63,209 nucleotides of DNA from a virus (lineage: Duplodnaviria; Caudoviricetes), in IMG/VR virus record IMGVR_UViG_3300009181_000078, positions 1 through 63,209 of that record; one strand, given 5' to 3'. A program made the translations under genes and the position numbers. The notes under the pieces were generated by a model. The model did no database searches, was not told the origin of the DNA, and saw only the letters and a program-made list of their open reading frames with translations. This document shows positions 34,043-44,217 of the stretch, piece by piece (the stretch's first letter is position 1; the number at the start of each line of letters is the position of its first letter).

Positions 34043-35487
34043 TTGAACGTACTTCAGGATATAGCAACAAAGCAATGTGGGAATACTGCGAGATGCTCAA
34101 GGGGGTTGTGCTTCAGACTAAGACTACCAAATCAGGACGAGGCAATGCTGTTGAGATAAGAGAAGTTCTTAAATACAACACAGAGAAAGAAATTATAAAT
34201 AAAATTGTCGACAGTTGCGAGCATTATAAAAACTTATACGAGATGGAACAAAATAAATTTCAGTTCAGGGATTATCAGGCTGACATTATCCACAAAGGAT
34301 ATGAGATACTTTCAAAGCATAGGTTTCTATACCTTGCTATGGAGGTTCGTACCGGTAAAACACTTACAAGTCTTGGTATAGCAGAGTTATGTGGCATAAA
34401 GAATGTGCTGTTTATCACTAAAAAGAAAGCAATTAGTTCAATTGAAGCCGACTACAGTGCGTTAAAACCAACCTACTCCCTATCTGTCATCAATTATGAA
34501 AGCCTCCACCTCGTTATGAGCGATAAGAAGTGGGATATGGTTATTTGCGATGAGGCTCATAGTATGGGAGCATTCCCTAAACCAAGTCAGAGAAGTATAT
34601 TGGTAAGAGAAGTTTTAAGAAGATGTCAACCATTAGTTATTTTATTATCGGGGACACCAACGCCTGAGTCGTACTCGCAAATGTACCATCAAGTGTATGG
34701 TATTTATTCAAATCCATTTAGAGAGTTTCAAAACTTTTATAGCTTTTGTAAAATATATGTTAAAACAAAACAACGTAAGATTAACGGACTATTCGTTAAT
34801 GATTATAGTGGTGGACTTGATACCATCCTCAAAGAGATGGAGCCGTACACCATTAACTACACACAGCAGGAGGCAGGCTTTATGTCTGAGACCAAAGAAG
34901 AGGTGATGGAGGTGGAGATGAAACCATCAACTTATGCGATGATAAAAAAATTAAAGAAAGAATTAGTGATAGAAGGAAAAGAAGAAATAATTTTGGGAGA
35001 CACTCCGGTTAAGTTAATGATGAAAGTGCATCAAATGTGTAGCGGGACTGTAAAGTTTGAGAGCGGTAATAGTATGATACTTGACTTAAGCAAGGCTGAG
35101 TTTATCAAAGAGCAGTTTAAGGGATGCAAGATTGGAATCTTCTACAAGTTCAAGGAAGAATACAATGCACTCAAGCAGGTATTTGGCGATGACTTAACGG
35201 CTGAGTTAAGTGTCTTTGAAGACACCAATAAAAACATAGCATTACAGATTGTAAGTGGACGTGAAGGAATCAGTCTTAGGCACGCTGAGTATTTGGTTTA
35301 CTACAATATTGACTTCAGTGCTACGAGTTATTGGCAGAGTAAAGACCGAATGACCACAAAGGAACGCCTCGAGAATCAAGTATATTGGATTTTCTCGAAG
35401 GGCGGTATTGAACACGACATCTACAAGGCTGTCACAAAGAAGAAAGACTACACGGTGAATCATTTTAAACAAGATTTTTATTTATGA
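34039..35487 (+). CDS. SF2 (SNF2-like) helicase
   Basis: FRDYQ Q-motif, RTGKT, DEAH, SGTP, GISL, QSKDR. Confidence 0.9.
   Translation: MIERTSGYSNKAMWEYCEMLKGVVLQTKTTKSGRGNAVEIREVLKYNTEKEIINKIVDSCEHYKNLYEMEQNKFQFRDYQADIIHKGYEILSKHRFLYLAMEVRTGKTLTSLGIAELCGIKNVLFITKKKAISSIEADYSALKPTYSLSVINYESLHLVMSDKKWDMVICDEAHSMGAFPKPSQRSILVREVLRRCQPLVILLSGTPTPESYSQMYHQVYGIYSNPFREFQNFYSFCKIYVKTKQRKINGLFVNDYSGGLDTILKEMEPYTINYTQQEAGFMSETKEEVMEVEMKPSTYAMIKKLKKELVIEGKEEIILGDTPVKLMMKVHQMCSGTVKFESGNSMILDLSKAEFIKEQFKGCKIGIFYKFKEEYNALKQVFGDDLTAELSVFEDTNKNIALQIVSGREGISLRHAEYLVYYNIDFSATSYWQSKDRMTTKERLENQVYWIFSKGGIEHDIYKAVTKKKDYTVNHFKQDFYL
35210..35225. repeat. 16-bp palindrome copy 8, inside the helicase
   Basis: GTGTCTTTGAAGACAC. 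Confidence 0.9.
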
Positions 35488-35574
35488 CGCCAATAGAAGA
35501 AATATTTAACGCATTAGAAACACTCAATCAAAATGACTTTATTGATTGGTTATTAATAAACAAACAAGCACTAA

Positions 35575-35880
35575 TTGAAAGAGCAACAAATACAATCAAA
35601 GAAGATTAAAGAGTTAGAGGCTCAGGGCTATTACGTCATCAAACTTACAATGACCAACAAGAATGGGATACCGGACTTGCTTGCCATACCAAGAAACAGT
35701 GACGTTATATTTATCGAGGTCAAGGCAACCAATGGTAAGCTGTCTAAACTTCAAGAGTACCGGTTAAAAGAACTTCAAAACCACGGTGTAAAAGTGGAAG
35801 TGTTTAGAGAAGAAAAAATCAAATCAAATGAAAAAAGCAAAGGATTGGTACAGAACAAGGGGGGTGATGCAATTACTTAA
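35575..35880 (+). CDS. VRR-NUC domain nuclease
   Basis: GIPDLL...FIEVK...GKLSKLQ. Confidence 0.88.
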   Translation: MKEQQIQSKKIKELEAQGYYVIKLTMTNKNGIPDLLAIPRNSDVIFIEVKATNGKLSKLQEYRLKELQNHGVKVEVFREEKIKSNEKSKGLVQNKGGDAIT

Positions 35881-36028
35881 AGATGAAAGGGTTATTAGAG
35901 AATACAGATATAACGACATTTATGCAAGGAGAAAAATACTAAGAATATGGAACTCCGAGATAAAGCCAAATGGAGTAAGTCGCTATGAATTAATTATCGT
36001 ACCTGAAATTGATTCAGATGTTCGTTAA
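35828..36028 (+). CDS. Hypothetical protein
   Basis: AAATCAAATCAAATG leader. Confidence 0.6.
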   Translation: MKKAKDWYRTRGVMQLLKDERVIREYRYNDIYARRKILRIWNSEIKPNGVSRYELIIVPEIDSDVR

Positions 36029-36067
36029 AAAAACTAATTTTGTTAAACCGCTTATGCGAATCCAAGT

Positions 36068-36256
36068 ATGGACAAAAACATAGAGAACGCTCGAGCCGAG
36101 CGTATCGCTTTTAGAATAAACGAACAGCACTTGCTGTTAGCAAACATCTACGAAAACATTGTGGACAGGGACTTTATCCCCGCAGAACGTGACATAAGAA
36201 ATCTTGTTGTAGACCTGCGACTAATATTAAAATCATTGGAAGATGACGACTTTTGA
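36068..36256 (+). CDS. Hypothetical protein
   Basis: TAATTTTG at 36035-36042 upstream. Confidence 0.6.
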   Translation: MDKNIENARAERIAFRINEQHLLLANIYENIVDRDFIPAERDIRNLVVDLRLILKSLEDDDF

Positions 36257-36659
36257 AACAGAGACGGACTTAATCAGGGAGAAAAAAGCGATTGAACTAT
36301 TCGTTAGCATCTTTGGTGGTTCGTTTAAAAAGTTAGACCCACACGATATAGACTACAAAGTCTTTGATAAAGACAAGAGTCTAATAGCCTACGCAGAAGT
36401 TAAAGGTCGTATCAGAACTATGCGTGCAGCGTATCCGCTGCCTATATCAGCAAAAAAATTAGTAAAGTTAATTGATAAGCGTATAACACCTGTACTTATA
36501 TGGGCGTGCGAAGATGGTATAATCTATGGTAAAGCCAATAAACTATACGGAGATATTAAATGGGGAGGTCGCCCTCCCCGTGACGGTGCAGTTAGTGATG
36601 CTGAGATGATGGTCTACTATGACAAGCAGAAAGAACTAAAGTATATTAGGTACGTTTAG
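36243..36659 (+). CDS. PD-(D/E)XK nuclease-like protein
   Basis: E...IDY...AEVKGR restriction-fold motif. Confidence 0.65.
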   Translation: MTTFETETDLIREKKAIELFVSIFGGSFKKLDPHDIDYKVFDKDKSLIAYAEVKGRIRTMRAAYPLPISAKKLVKLIDKRITPVLIWACEDGIIYGKANKLYGDIKWGGRPPRDGAVSDAEMMVYYDKQKELKYIRYV

Positions 36660-36807
36660 CTTCTTTTTTCTTTATAATCTTTTCTTGCTTAAGCATTGCA
36701 GCAGTAGGTTTCTTTCCACTACCTGCGTTAGCACGAATGTTATCCCAAAGACCACGTTTTGATGTAGAGCCATCGGCTCTCTTAATCATTTTTGAACTTC
36801 CTTTCAT
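36646..36807 (-). CDS. Small basic protein (53 aa; RGLWDNIRA)
   Basis: Own translation; last gene of the structural operon. Confidence 0.6.
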   Translation of the reverse strand: MKGSSKMIKRADGSTSKRGLWDNIRANAGSGKKPTAAMLKQEKIIKKKEAKRT

Positions 36808-36813
36808 ATTATT

Positions 36814-39800
36814 TTATTTACCAAATTTACTTGTTCCAAATCCTCCTTTACTTTTTCCTTTTGTTCCCCCAAATCCTGCTGAACCAAATCCTCCTTTAGA
36901 CTTAGGCGTATAGTCATACATCTCATCTTTCATTGCTCTTTGCAAACTATCTTTTGCTTTCTTAATAGCCTTCTTTGCTTGTTCTGCATTATAATCAGGA
37001 GCATTCGGACCGTATGTTTTATCCCAAAGTTCAGGGTCATAGCGTTTCATATCAGATTCATTCTCATATCCATTAAGTTTTTCCAACTTAACTCTTTTTT
37101 TATCCTCTGCATTTTTATCTGCTTGCTCAAGACTGCTATACATTTCTTTCATTACAGCTTTACGAATATCTTTATACAAAGGAATAAATCCTGCGTTACC
37201 TAATATTTCTAATGGGATACGAACATTTCTTTCTTTTTCTTGTCTTGCGATAGCATCCGGTTTTTTCTTATCATCTTCTAATCCTTTACGAACAATAAAA
37301 TCTGCACTTTTTAATGCAGGACCAAATGCACCACCCATATTTAAAAAGAAATCCCATAAACCTCTTTGTTTGCCTCTTTTTTCAGGAGGAACAATAGAAT
37401 ATTGGATAGCATCTTTATAAGGGTCATAATCTCCTTCTCTTAAAAAATCAAGATATTTATCGTTAACGTCTTCTATTCCAATATTGACAATTGCTTTAGT
37501 TGCGTTACCAAAATCTCTACCAAATACTAATGAAGTAAATGCAGAAGCCATTTGCTGTCCAAGTTTTTGCATAAAAGACTTCTCATCTTCCGGTTCTTGG
37601 TCATCAAAAAATAATCCCATAAGACCTGTACCTAACATTTGAGTAAGAAGTGTATATGTAATCATTCTTGTAGTAACAGCACCAAGTACCGCTGCTCCTT
37701 GTTTTTTGGTTAAAGAACCATTACCCATTGCTGCGTTGATTCCTGTACGAGCAGTTACATATTCAAAAATCAAAAACTTAGTCATAAAGTTATTGAAGTT
37801 ATTAAACGTTTTAAGTGCAAAACTTTGATTAGGTTTAACGGAACCTTTAAGGATTCCCATAAATGGATTATCAGTAGCACCAACCATTACAGACTTTTCA
37901 TCAGCATTAGTTTTTGCTTTTTCAATAGCTTCTTTATATTGCTCCATATACTTTTCATCATTCGCTGCAATCTTTTCAAAGTTTACATTTTCACCCGTAA
38001 TCTTTTTAAACTCATTAGCAAATGAACCAAACCACATTGGACGCATAATTAATTTATCCGGAGTAGATATTAAAGCGTCAGCTATTAACTCAACTGAATT
38101 AGCATATTTTTTTCCTGATAAATTCCAAATTTGTTGAATTTTATTTTTAACAGGGTTTTTTGATTTAGCCCCTTTTATACCACTTGTTTGTTGAAGAATA
38201 TTGGTGTCAATTAATTTTCCTGATAATGTATCTGTAGGAAATATTCTACTTGTTTGTTTGCTATTTACATTCTCCATAATAGTAGGAGCGTCAGCAGACA
38301 TAATAATACCTCTGTTCTCTACGCCTGCCATAAATCCTTTAGGGTCTGATATAACAGCAAATCCAATGTTTGAACTTAACTCAGATACAAATCTTGACGT
38401 GCCTGCAAGAACAGCACGATAACCTTGCTTGTTTAAATAATCTGCAACATTATCAGCTAATGATGTAGTTACAAAAGAATTAGTTAATAAATTCTCTGTA
38501 GTTTCTTCTAATGCAGAATTAATTGCATTGATTATTTGTCTTTTCTCCTTAGGTATTCTGCCTTCTTCTTCAAAGTTAGATATTGTTTCACTAATTGTTT
38601 GACGAGCAGTTTGAATAGGCTCTGTTAAATTATAATCCATTAATACAAACTTAGCACCACGTTGAGCAGATGCAAAAATGTCAAAGTTCAATGGACTTAC
38701 CTTGCCTGTTCTTGCTATCAAAGACTTAGCCTTCGTAGATGGTCTCATTGAGTTATTATATTCAGTCACAAAAGATGTACCCGCTGTTAAATCATTAGGT
38801 TGTAACTCGTGAAGTACATTCAAATGTACATAGTTAGTAAGAGGATTAATCCTGTCTCCACGAATGATTGCTGCAGTGTACTCAGCTTTTTCTCTAAGTG
38901 ATTCGTTTACGCTACGGATGTCTTTAATGGCATCTTTTTCTGCTTGATTAAATGAATTATATAATTTTTCATTATCAATGCCACCTTCTGTATTTTTATA
39001 GTTATCAAGAATGTCTTGTAACATAGTTGCGTCACGCTCTCCAAAAGCAGATTTACCTTCGTCAATATGTTTGATGGTAGCTTTTAAATACTCGGCAGCC
39101 GGATTAACCTGCTTACTTCCTTGGTTAGAATCATTCTCAAGTTGAACCATATATGTCATCATCTTGAACTTAGACATCAACGTTTTGTTTGGGTCAAGTT
39201 TAAATGACTTAGCAACTTTTTCCTCAGCCTTCTCTAATATGTTCTGAACTTTTTTAAGTTCAGCTTTAAAGTTAGCTTCACCTTCAGCAGCTTTATTTAA
39301 AACAGCATTGAATATATCCTTTGTCTTATAGTCTCCAAATAATTGGTCTATATTAAACAGTGGGTTTCTTCTTATCATTTCTTCTATTGCTCCTCTTTTT
39401 GTAAGCAAAGATTTTACTCTTGAATAAAGACCTGAGAATGGAGCAATAACAGCTTTCTTAATTGCAGCAGTTAAAGTTTTTGCACTATTTTTTGAATTTA
39501 ATTTTTTTACCATCAAATATGCATAATGAGGCAAATAATTATTATTTATGTTATCAATAACTTTTATTAAATTCTTTAAATCTGTATTGTTTAATTTTTC
39601 AACAGCATTTGTAGACAACAAATCTTTCAAACGATTAGCTAACTTACGCTCATCAGAAGTAGGTAGTCCGTTTGTTTCAAATTGAGTCTTATCTAAAACT
39701 TGCAATAATTCAGCCTTTTCTTCTGCAAGTTCTTGCTCAGTCATTTTTGCCTTACCTACTTGAGGAGCAATGTCAGACTTATACTTACGCATAATCTCTG

Positions 39801-42800
39801 CTTCTTTCTCATCAATAACCTTTTCTTCAACCATCTTATCAATGGTCTCAGCGTATTTTAAATTCCCTTCATCGTCAAATACTTTGTTTTCAAACTCATT
39901 AAATCTGTCAGCTAACTCATTTGCTACTGATTGCTCCTCATCTATCCCCTTAAGGATTGAGTCAACATCTTTAGTTACACTTGATTTTTCTTCAAGAGTA
40001 AGTACCGCCTTCCTTTCGCCAAACATATTAACCAACTCTAAATATCTATCAAAAGAAACGTCAGGAATAAGTGTTGGGTTAATAGAGAATAGTCTCTGTA
40101 ATGATAAGTTTAAACCATCGGCAATGCCAATCTTTGTAGCAATGTTGCTTTTTGCAGTTTTTAATTTGTTTTTAGCTTCTTGAATTTTACCTGCATATTC
40201 AGCATTAGCAAAAACTTTAGACATATAATCTACAAAGTTTGATACTGAAACCTCGTTTAGCATATTTACTTTACCAAATCTTGCTACAACGTTGGCAGCT
40301 TGGTTAACTGTAATCTTTCCGGATTTAGCCAACTCTTTAATTTCATTAGCCAAATCTTGGGCAGCATTTCTTGACAAGTCTCTTATCTGCTTGATGACTT
40401 GTAACTTTTCTTGTCTTGAGATATTGGTAATGTCTTTTAAAGCACCTAATACACGACCCATTGAGACAGCACGTCTTATTGGAGCCTGCATTTTATTTCT
40501 ACCCTCACGCTCCATAATCTTCTTCTGAGCATCATTGGCGTTGTCGTAAGCCTCTGAATTACGAATATACGTATCTACATTTCTTACAATCTTAGCGTCT
40601 TCAATATTTCTTGATTTTTGACGAGTAATTAAATCATCAACCTTACCCATCAAAGTATCGTATTCTTTTTGAATAGGAGCAATCTGAGATATAGCATTCA
40701 TCCCTTCAACCACATCTTTTTGGTTAACATTGTTGTCTGCAGATACTCTTTTAATAGCTTCTTGTAATGACACACCTGCATCTACTAAAACCTTAATTGC
40801 TTTAATGATGGTCTTCATTACAGGCAAAGCTATGTTCACACCAAGGTTTTCTTTCTCAAACTTGTTGATGTCTTTGATAACTTGGTCAAGGCTGTTTGAG
40901 ATTTTCTTTAATGTAGTATTATCTTGAGGGTCCAATGCAAGCAAGTCTTCTACTGTTTCTGTAATTCTTTTAGTTTCTTTTTTAGCTTCTTTTTTAGATT
41001 TTTTTTGAGCAGCTTTTTCTGCAGCTTTAGCTTTTGCTTTAGCTTCCTTATTAAATTCCTTTTCTTTAATTTTATTATATTTATCAGCAAGTGCTTGTTT
41101 AGCTTCACCTAATGTATCAAATCCCTCAAATTCATTGCCATCAATATCTTCTATATTAAATGAGAATATCTTATCCTCATCTGTTATTTTAGTTATGGTT
41201 CCAATAGCATCTTCATCTGCATTAGTTGCCTCTACTGTTATTGATGATAAATATGGAGTTATTCTTCCACTATCAGATTCTCTTTCATCCTCTTCGTAAG
41301 TTAGTGCGTTATCTCTTGTGAAAGTAGGAGTTTTCACATCTTTAATAGTTATAGGCTCAAATACTTCTTCTTCAATTACAGGTGCAACTTGTTGTGTATT
41401 ATCTCTTTGTTGTAATCCCTCAGGACGCATAGTAATATCTCCTCTATTCTCTTCATCAAATTGAGAAAACTCTTCGGGTAATAATCCTATTTTTTGTTCA
41501 GCAAAAAGTCCTTCTTGATATATTTTATCTACAATATCCTTTGCACCTTTTTCATTTCCTTGCTCACGTAATTTTCTTGCCTCCTCTCTTAATTTATCAA
41601 TATTTTCATTAACACCTGAAAAGTTTACATAAGAATTTTGACCACGTGTCTCCGTAGTCATTGCTCTTCTTGCAAGAGGAGAGAACATACGTGCGTGAAT
41701 ATTCCAAGCATTCTCTTCCCCCTTAGGACCAAATGAATTACCTAACTCTGCGTGACCATAAAAATCGTGAATAGCACGAAACACATCGTTAACTAATAAT
41801 GTATTTCCTTTAGCATCTTTGAACCCTGAATCTCTAAGTAAAGGATTTTTTTGTCTTTGTTTTTCAGTTATAGGATTAGCACCAAATCCTGCTTCAGTAG
41901 AAAATATTTTTATACGATTGTTGTTTCTTAAGTCATCAATCATCTCCTGAGAGTTATTGTATGGCTCTTCGTTATCTATTTCTATCTCAAATCCTGAGTC
42001 AACAAAGTCTTTATATTGGTCTAATGTTTCTTTAGCCATTGCATCGTAAGCTGCACGAACCTCAGGATTAGTTGGGTCGTCCTTCATTGATGCATAAGCA
42101 TCAGCTATTCGCTTGGCTCTTGTTTCATCAAGGGTTCTTGTTCCGGCAAAACTTGGTCTTTCGGTACCGAAAACTCTTTGATAATATCTATTCGCAACCT
42201 CCTTAGCTTTCGTGAGTGGCTTATTAAAGAGTCTGTTTCCTGCGATAGGTCCGGGTTTTGTTGTTGTTGATTGTCCATTTTCTTGAGTTTGATTTATTGT
42301 TTCTTGCGTCCCTTGAGGAGTGATTGTTTCTTGGGTCCCTGTGGCAACGACTTGAGGTTGGGCGTTTCCTTCGACCACTTCTTGCAATCCCAATTGGGGT
42401 TGTTGGCTGCGTAGCAAGCCTTCATTTGTGCTTTGTTTTTGAATGGCATCTTGTTCGGTTTTTAAAGTTTCTAATTCTGTTTGTAGTTTTTTTCTTTCAG
42501 TATCCTCTATAGTAACAGTATTTTCAGGAGCCAATGTAGTCTCTAACTCAGCAATTCTATCTGTTCTTTTTGCAGTAACCTCAGGAGCCTCCGCTTCAAC
42601 AGTTGCAACTTTTGCTTCCTCTTGAATTTGATTCTCTTGAATATCTTTTATTTGGGTTCTAATAGCAGCAGCTTTATCCTTGCCTGTTTGCGTCTTATTT
42701 CCTTCTAATTTTTGTAAATCTTTTTCTAAATCAGTAATAGCATTAAGACTTGGCTCATTCAAATCAGGGTTAGCTTTTCTAACATCTTCTTTGATTGAAT

Positions 42801-44196
42801 GGGTTACAATCTTGTCTTGTATTTTAAATGCTCTTCCTTCGTAATCATTTTTAATGTCAATCTTAGTCTGTGCTAATTCAGCAGGAGTCATTGTATTAAT
42901 TAACTTATCTACTTGAGCCGCAGAAACTTTCTCTCCATTAACGTGAAAAGATGGTTTATTTAATCTTGCTTGAATTGTAGACCTGATACCACCCGGTAAT
43001 TCTGCAATACCTTCTAATGCAATTTCAGATACATCTTGTTTTTGACCTGCAGCAACTCTACCCAAAGACTCTCCTGCCATACCTCCTGCTGCTTCGACAC
43101 CTGCACCTGCCGCAGTAGCCTTTACTATTGCACCTCTTGTTACAGCACCAACAGCAGATTTTTCTGCAGACTTTGTAAGTATTTTTGCACCTACACCACT
43201 TGCAAGTTTCCCTGTGTATGCATCAATAGTTCCAATAATGGCACCTCTTGCTATTGCTTTGTTTCTAAGACTTTGTAGTTTTTCAGGATTTTCAAGAATA
43301 GCTTTGACATTTTCTTTTGTCATTTCTTTTCCTTGCAATTGGTCTTGAAGAAGTTCAGCAAAAGTAGAACCCATTTCAACCATACTACTTGCAGCACCAA
43401 ATGCATAAGGTACGGCTGCAATCGCTCCTGCTCCTGCTCCGGGAAGAGCACCTACACCACCTGCTAATGCACCTGTTGCAGCACCATATCCTGTACCTAC
43501 ACCTAAAGCTGTTGCTGCTGCTGTTAAAGCGTGTGTATTGGTAGCCATACCAACTAATGAACTTGCTATAATTTCAGGAGCAATTGTTGGATTTTTTACT
43601 AATCCTTTTATAACTCCCCAAATTCCTTTGCCTTCTTGCTCATAAGTTTTTTGGTAATCTTGCATTTCTGCAGATGGTCCTAATTTTTGAGCACTTGATT
43701 GAGCATCTATAAATTTTTGTATTTGTTCAGGAGTAGCTTTTGTTCCTTTTAATAACAACTTATCTGCATCCTCTGCTGCCGTTCCATTCCTATATCCTGC
43801 AGCAACACTGCGAGCCATATCATCTACAAAATCACCCATTCCAATAGGAACATATTTATCCATTCCTCTTAAAAAATCTCCAAATCCTCCTTCAAAATAA
43901 TCCTTTTCTTCAGGTTGTTGTGAAACCAAAGAACCACTTGCCGAAGGAGATACCGTAGCGACTTTTTTTTTAGAAATATCTTGTTGTCCACTAACTCCAA
44001 ATTCAGGAAATTTTGAAAACAACTCATCTTCATTAGCATACTTACCACTGTTTGAGGTAGCTACAAAATCTTTCAATGCGTTAATATTATATCCTTGTAA
44101 TTCAGGGAATTTGGATATTAAAGTAGCTTCATCAGGATACTTCCCACTATTAGCAGTAGCTACAAAATCTTTTAACGCTTGTTTTAAATCCGGCAT
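36814..44196 (-). CDS. Very large internal virion/ejection protein
   Basis: 2460 aa, helical, with G/A-rich hydrophobic segments; largest of three proteins after the tail genes, as in podoviruses. Confidence 0.7.
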   Translation of the reverse strand: MPDLKQALKDFVATANSGKYPDEATLISKFPELQGYNINALKDFVATSNSGKYANEDELFSKFPEFGVSGQQDISKKKVATVSPSASGSLVSQQPEEKDYFEGGFGDFLRGMDKYVPIGMGDFVDDMARSVAAGYRNGTAAEDADKLLLKGTKATPEQIQKFIDAQSSAQKLGPSAEMQDYQKTYEQEGKGIWGVIKGLVKNPTIAPEIIASSLVGMATNTHALTAAATALGVGTGYGAATGALAGGVGALPGAGAGAIAAVPYAFGAASSMVEMGSTFAELLQDQLQGKEMTKENVKAILENPEKLQSLRNKAIARGAIIGTIDAYTGKLASGVGAKILTKSAEKSAVGAVTRGAIVKATAAGAGVEAAGGMAGESLGRVAAGQKQDVSEIALEGIAELPGGIRSTIQARLNKPSFHVNGEKVSAAQVDKLINTMTPAELAQTKIDIKNDYEGRAFKIQDKIVTHSIKEDVRKANPDLNEPSLNAITDLEKDLQKLEGNKTQTGKDKAAAIRTQIKDIQENQIQEEAKVATVEAEAPEVTAKRTDRIAELETTLAPENTVTIEDTERKKLQTELETLKTEQDAIQKQSTNEGLLRSQQPQLGLQEVVEGNAQPQVVATGTQETITPQGTQETINQTQENGQSTTTKPGPIAGNRLFNKPLTKAKEVANRYYQRVFGTERPSFAGTRTLDETRAKRIADAYASMKDDPTNPEVRAAYDAMAKETLDQYKDFVDSGFEIEIDNEEPYNNSQEMIDDLRNNNRIKIFSTEAGFGANPITEKQRQKNPLLRDSGFKDAKGNTLLVNDVFRAIHDFYGHAELGNSFGPKGEENAWNIHARMFSPLARRAMTTETRGQNSYVNFSGVNENIDKLREEARKLREQGNEKGAKDIVDKIYQEGLFAEQKIGLLPEEFSQFDEENRGDITMRPEGLQQRDNTQQVAPVIEEEVFEPITIKDVKTPTFTRDNALTYEEDERESDSGRITPYLSSITVEATNADEDAIGTITKITDEDKIFSFNIEDIDGNEFEGFDTLGEAKQALADKYNKIKEKEFNKEAKAKAKAAEKAAQKKSKKEAKKETKRITETVEDLLALDPQDNTTLKKISNSLDQVIKDINKFEKENLGVNIALPVMKTIIKAIKVLVDAGVSLQEAIKRVSADNNVNQKDVVEGMNAISQIAPIQKEYDTLMGKVDDLITRQKSRNIEDAKIVRNVDTYIRNSEAYDNANDAQKKIMEREGRNKMQAPIRRAVSMGRVLGALKDITNISRQEKLQVIKQIRDLSRNAAQDLANEIKELAKSGKITVNQAANVVARFGKVNMLNEVSVSNFVDYMSKVFANAEYAGKIQEAKNKLKTAKSNIATKIGIADGLNLSLQRLFSINPTLIPDVSFDRYLELVNMFGERKAVLTLEEKSSVTKDVDSILKGIDEEQSVANELADRFNEFENKVFDDEGNLKYAETIDKMVEEKVIDEKEAEIMRKYKSDIAPQVGKAKMTEQELAEEKAELLQVLDKTQFETNGLPTSDERKLANRLKDLLSTNAVEKLNNTDLKNLIKVIDNINNNYLPHYAYLMVKKLNSKNSAKTLTAAIKKAVIAPFSGLYSRVKSLLTKRGAIEEMIRRNPLFNIDQLFGDYKTKDIFNAVLNKAAEGEANFKAELKKVQNILEKAEEKVAKSFKLDPNKTLMSKFKMMTYMVQLENDSNQGSKQVNPAAEYLKATIKHIDEGKSAFGERDATMLQDILDNYKNTEGGIDNEKLYNSFNQAEKDAIKDIRSVNESLREKAEYTAAIIRGDRINPLTNYVHLNVLHELQPNDLTAGTSFVTEYNNSMRPSTKAKSLIARTGKVSPLNFDIFASAQRGAKFVLMDYNLTEPIQTARQTISETISNFEEEGRIPKEKRQIINAINSALEETTENLLTNSFVTTSLADNVADYLNKQGYRAVLAGTSRFVSELSSNIGFAVISDPKGFMAGVENRGIIMSADAPTIMENVNSKQTSRIFPTDTLSGKLIDTNILQQTSGIKGAKSKNPVKNKIQQIWNLSGKKYANSVELIADALISTPDKLIMRPMWFGSFANEFKKITGENVNFEKIAANDEKYMEQYKEAIEKAKTNADEKSVMVGATDNPFMGILKGSVKPNQSFALKTFNNFNNFMTKFLIFEYVTARTGINAAMGNGSLTKKQGAAVLGAVTTRMITYTLLTQMLGTGLMGLFFDDQEPEDEKSFMQKLGQQMASAFTSLVFGRDFGNATKAIVNIGIEDVNDKYLDFLREGDYDPYKDAIQYSIVPPEKRGKQRGLWDFFLNMGGAFGPALKSADFIVRKGLEDDKKKPDAIARQEKERNVRIPLEILGNAGFIPLYKDIRKAVMKEMYSSLEQADKNAEDKKRVKLEKLNGYENESDMKRYDPELWDKTYGPNAPDYNAEQAKKAIKKAKDSLQRAMKDEMYDYTPKSKGGFGSAGFGGTKGKSKGGFGTSKFGK

Positions 44197-44217
44197 AATT
44201 AATTTTTTTATTTTGTT

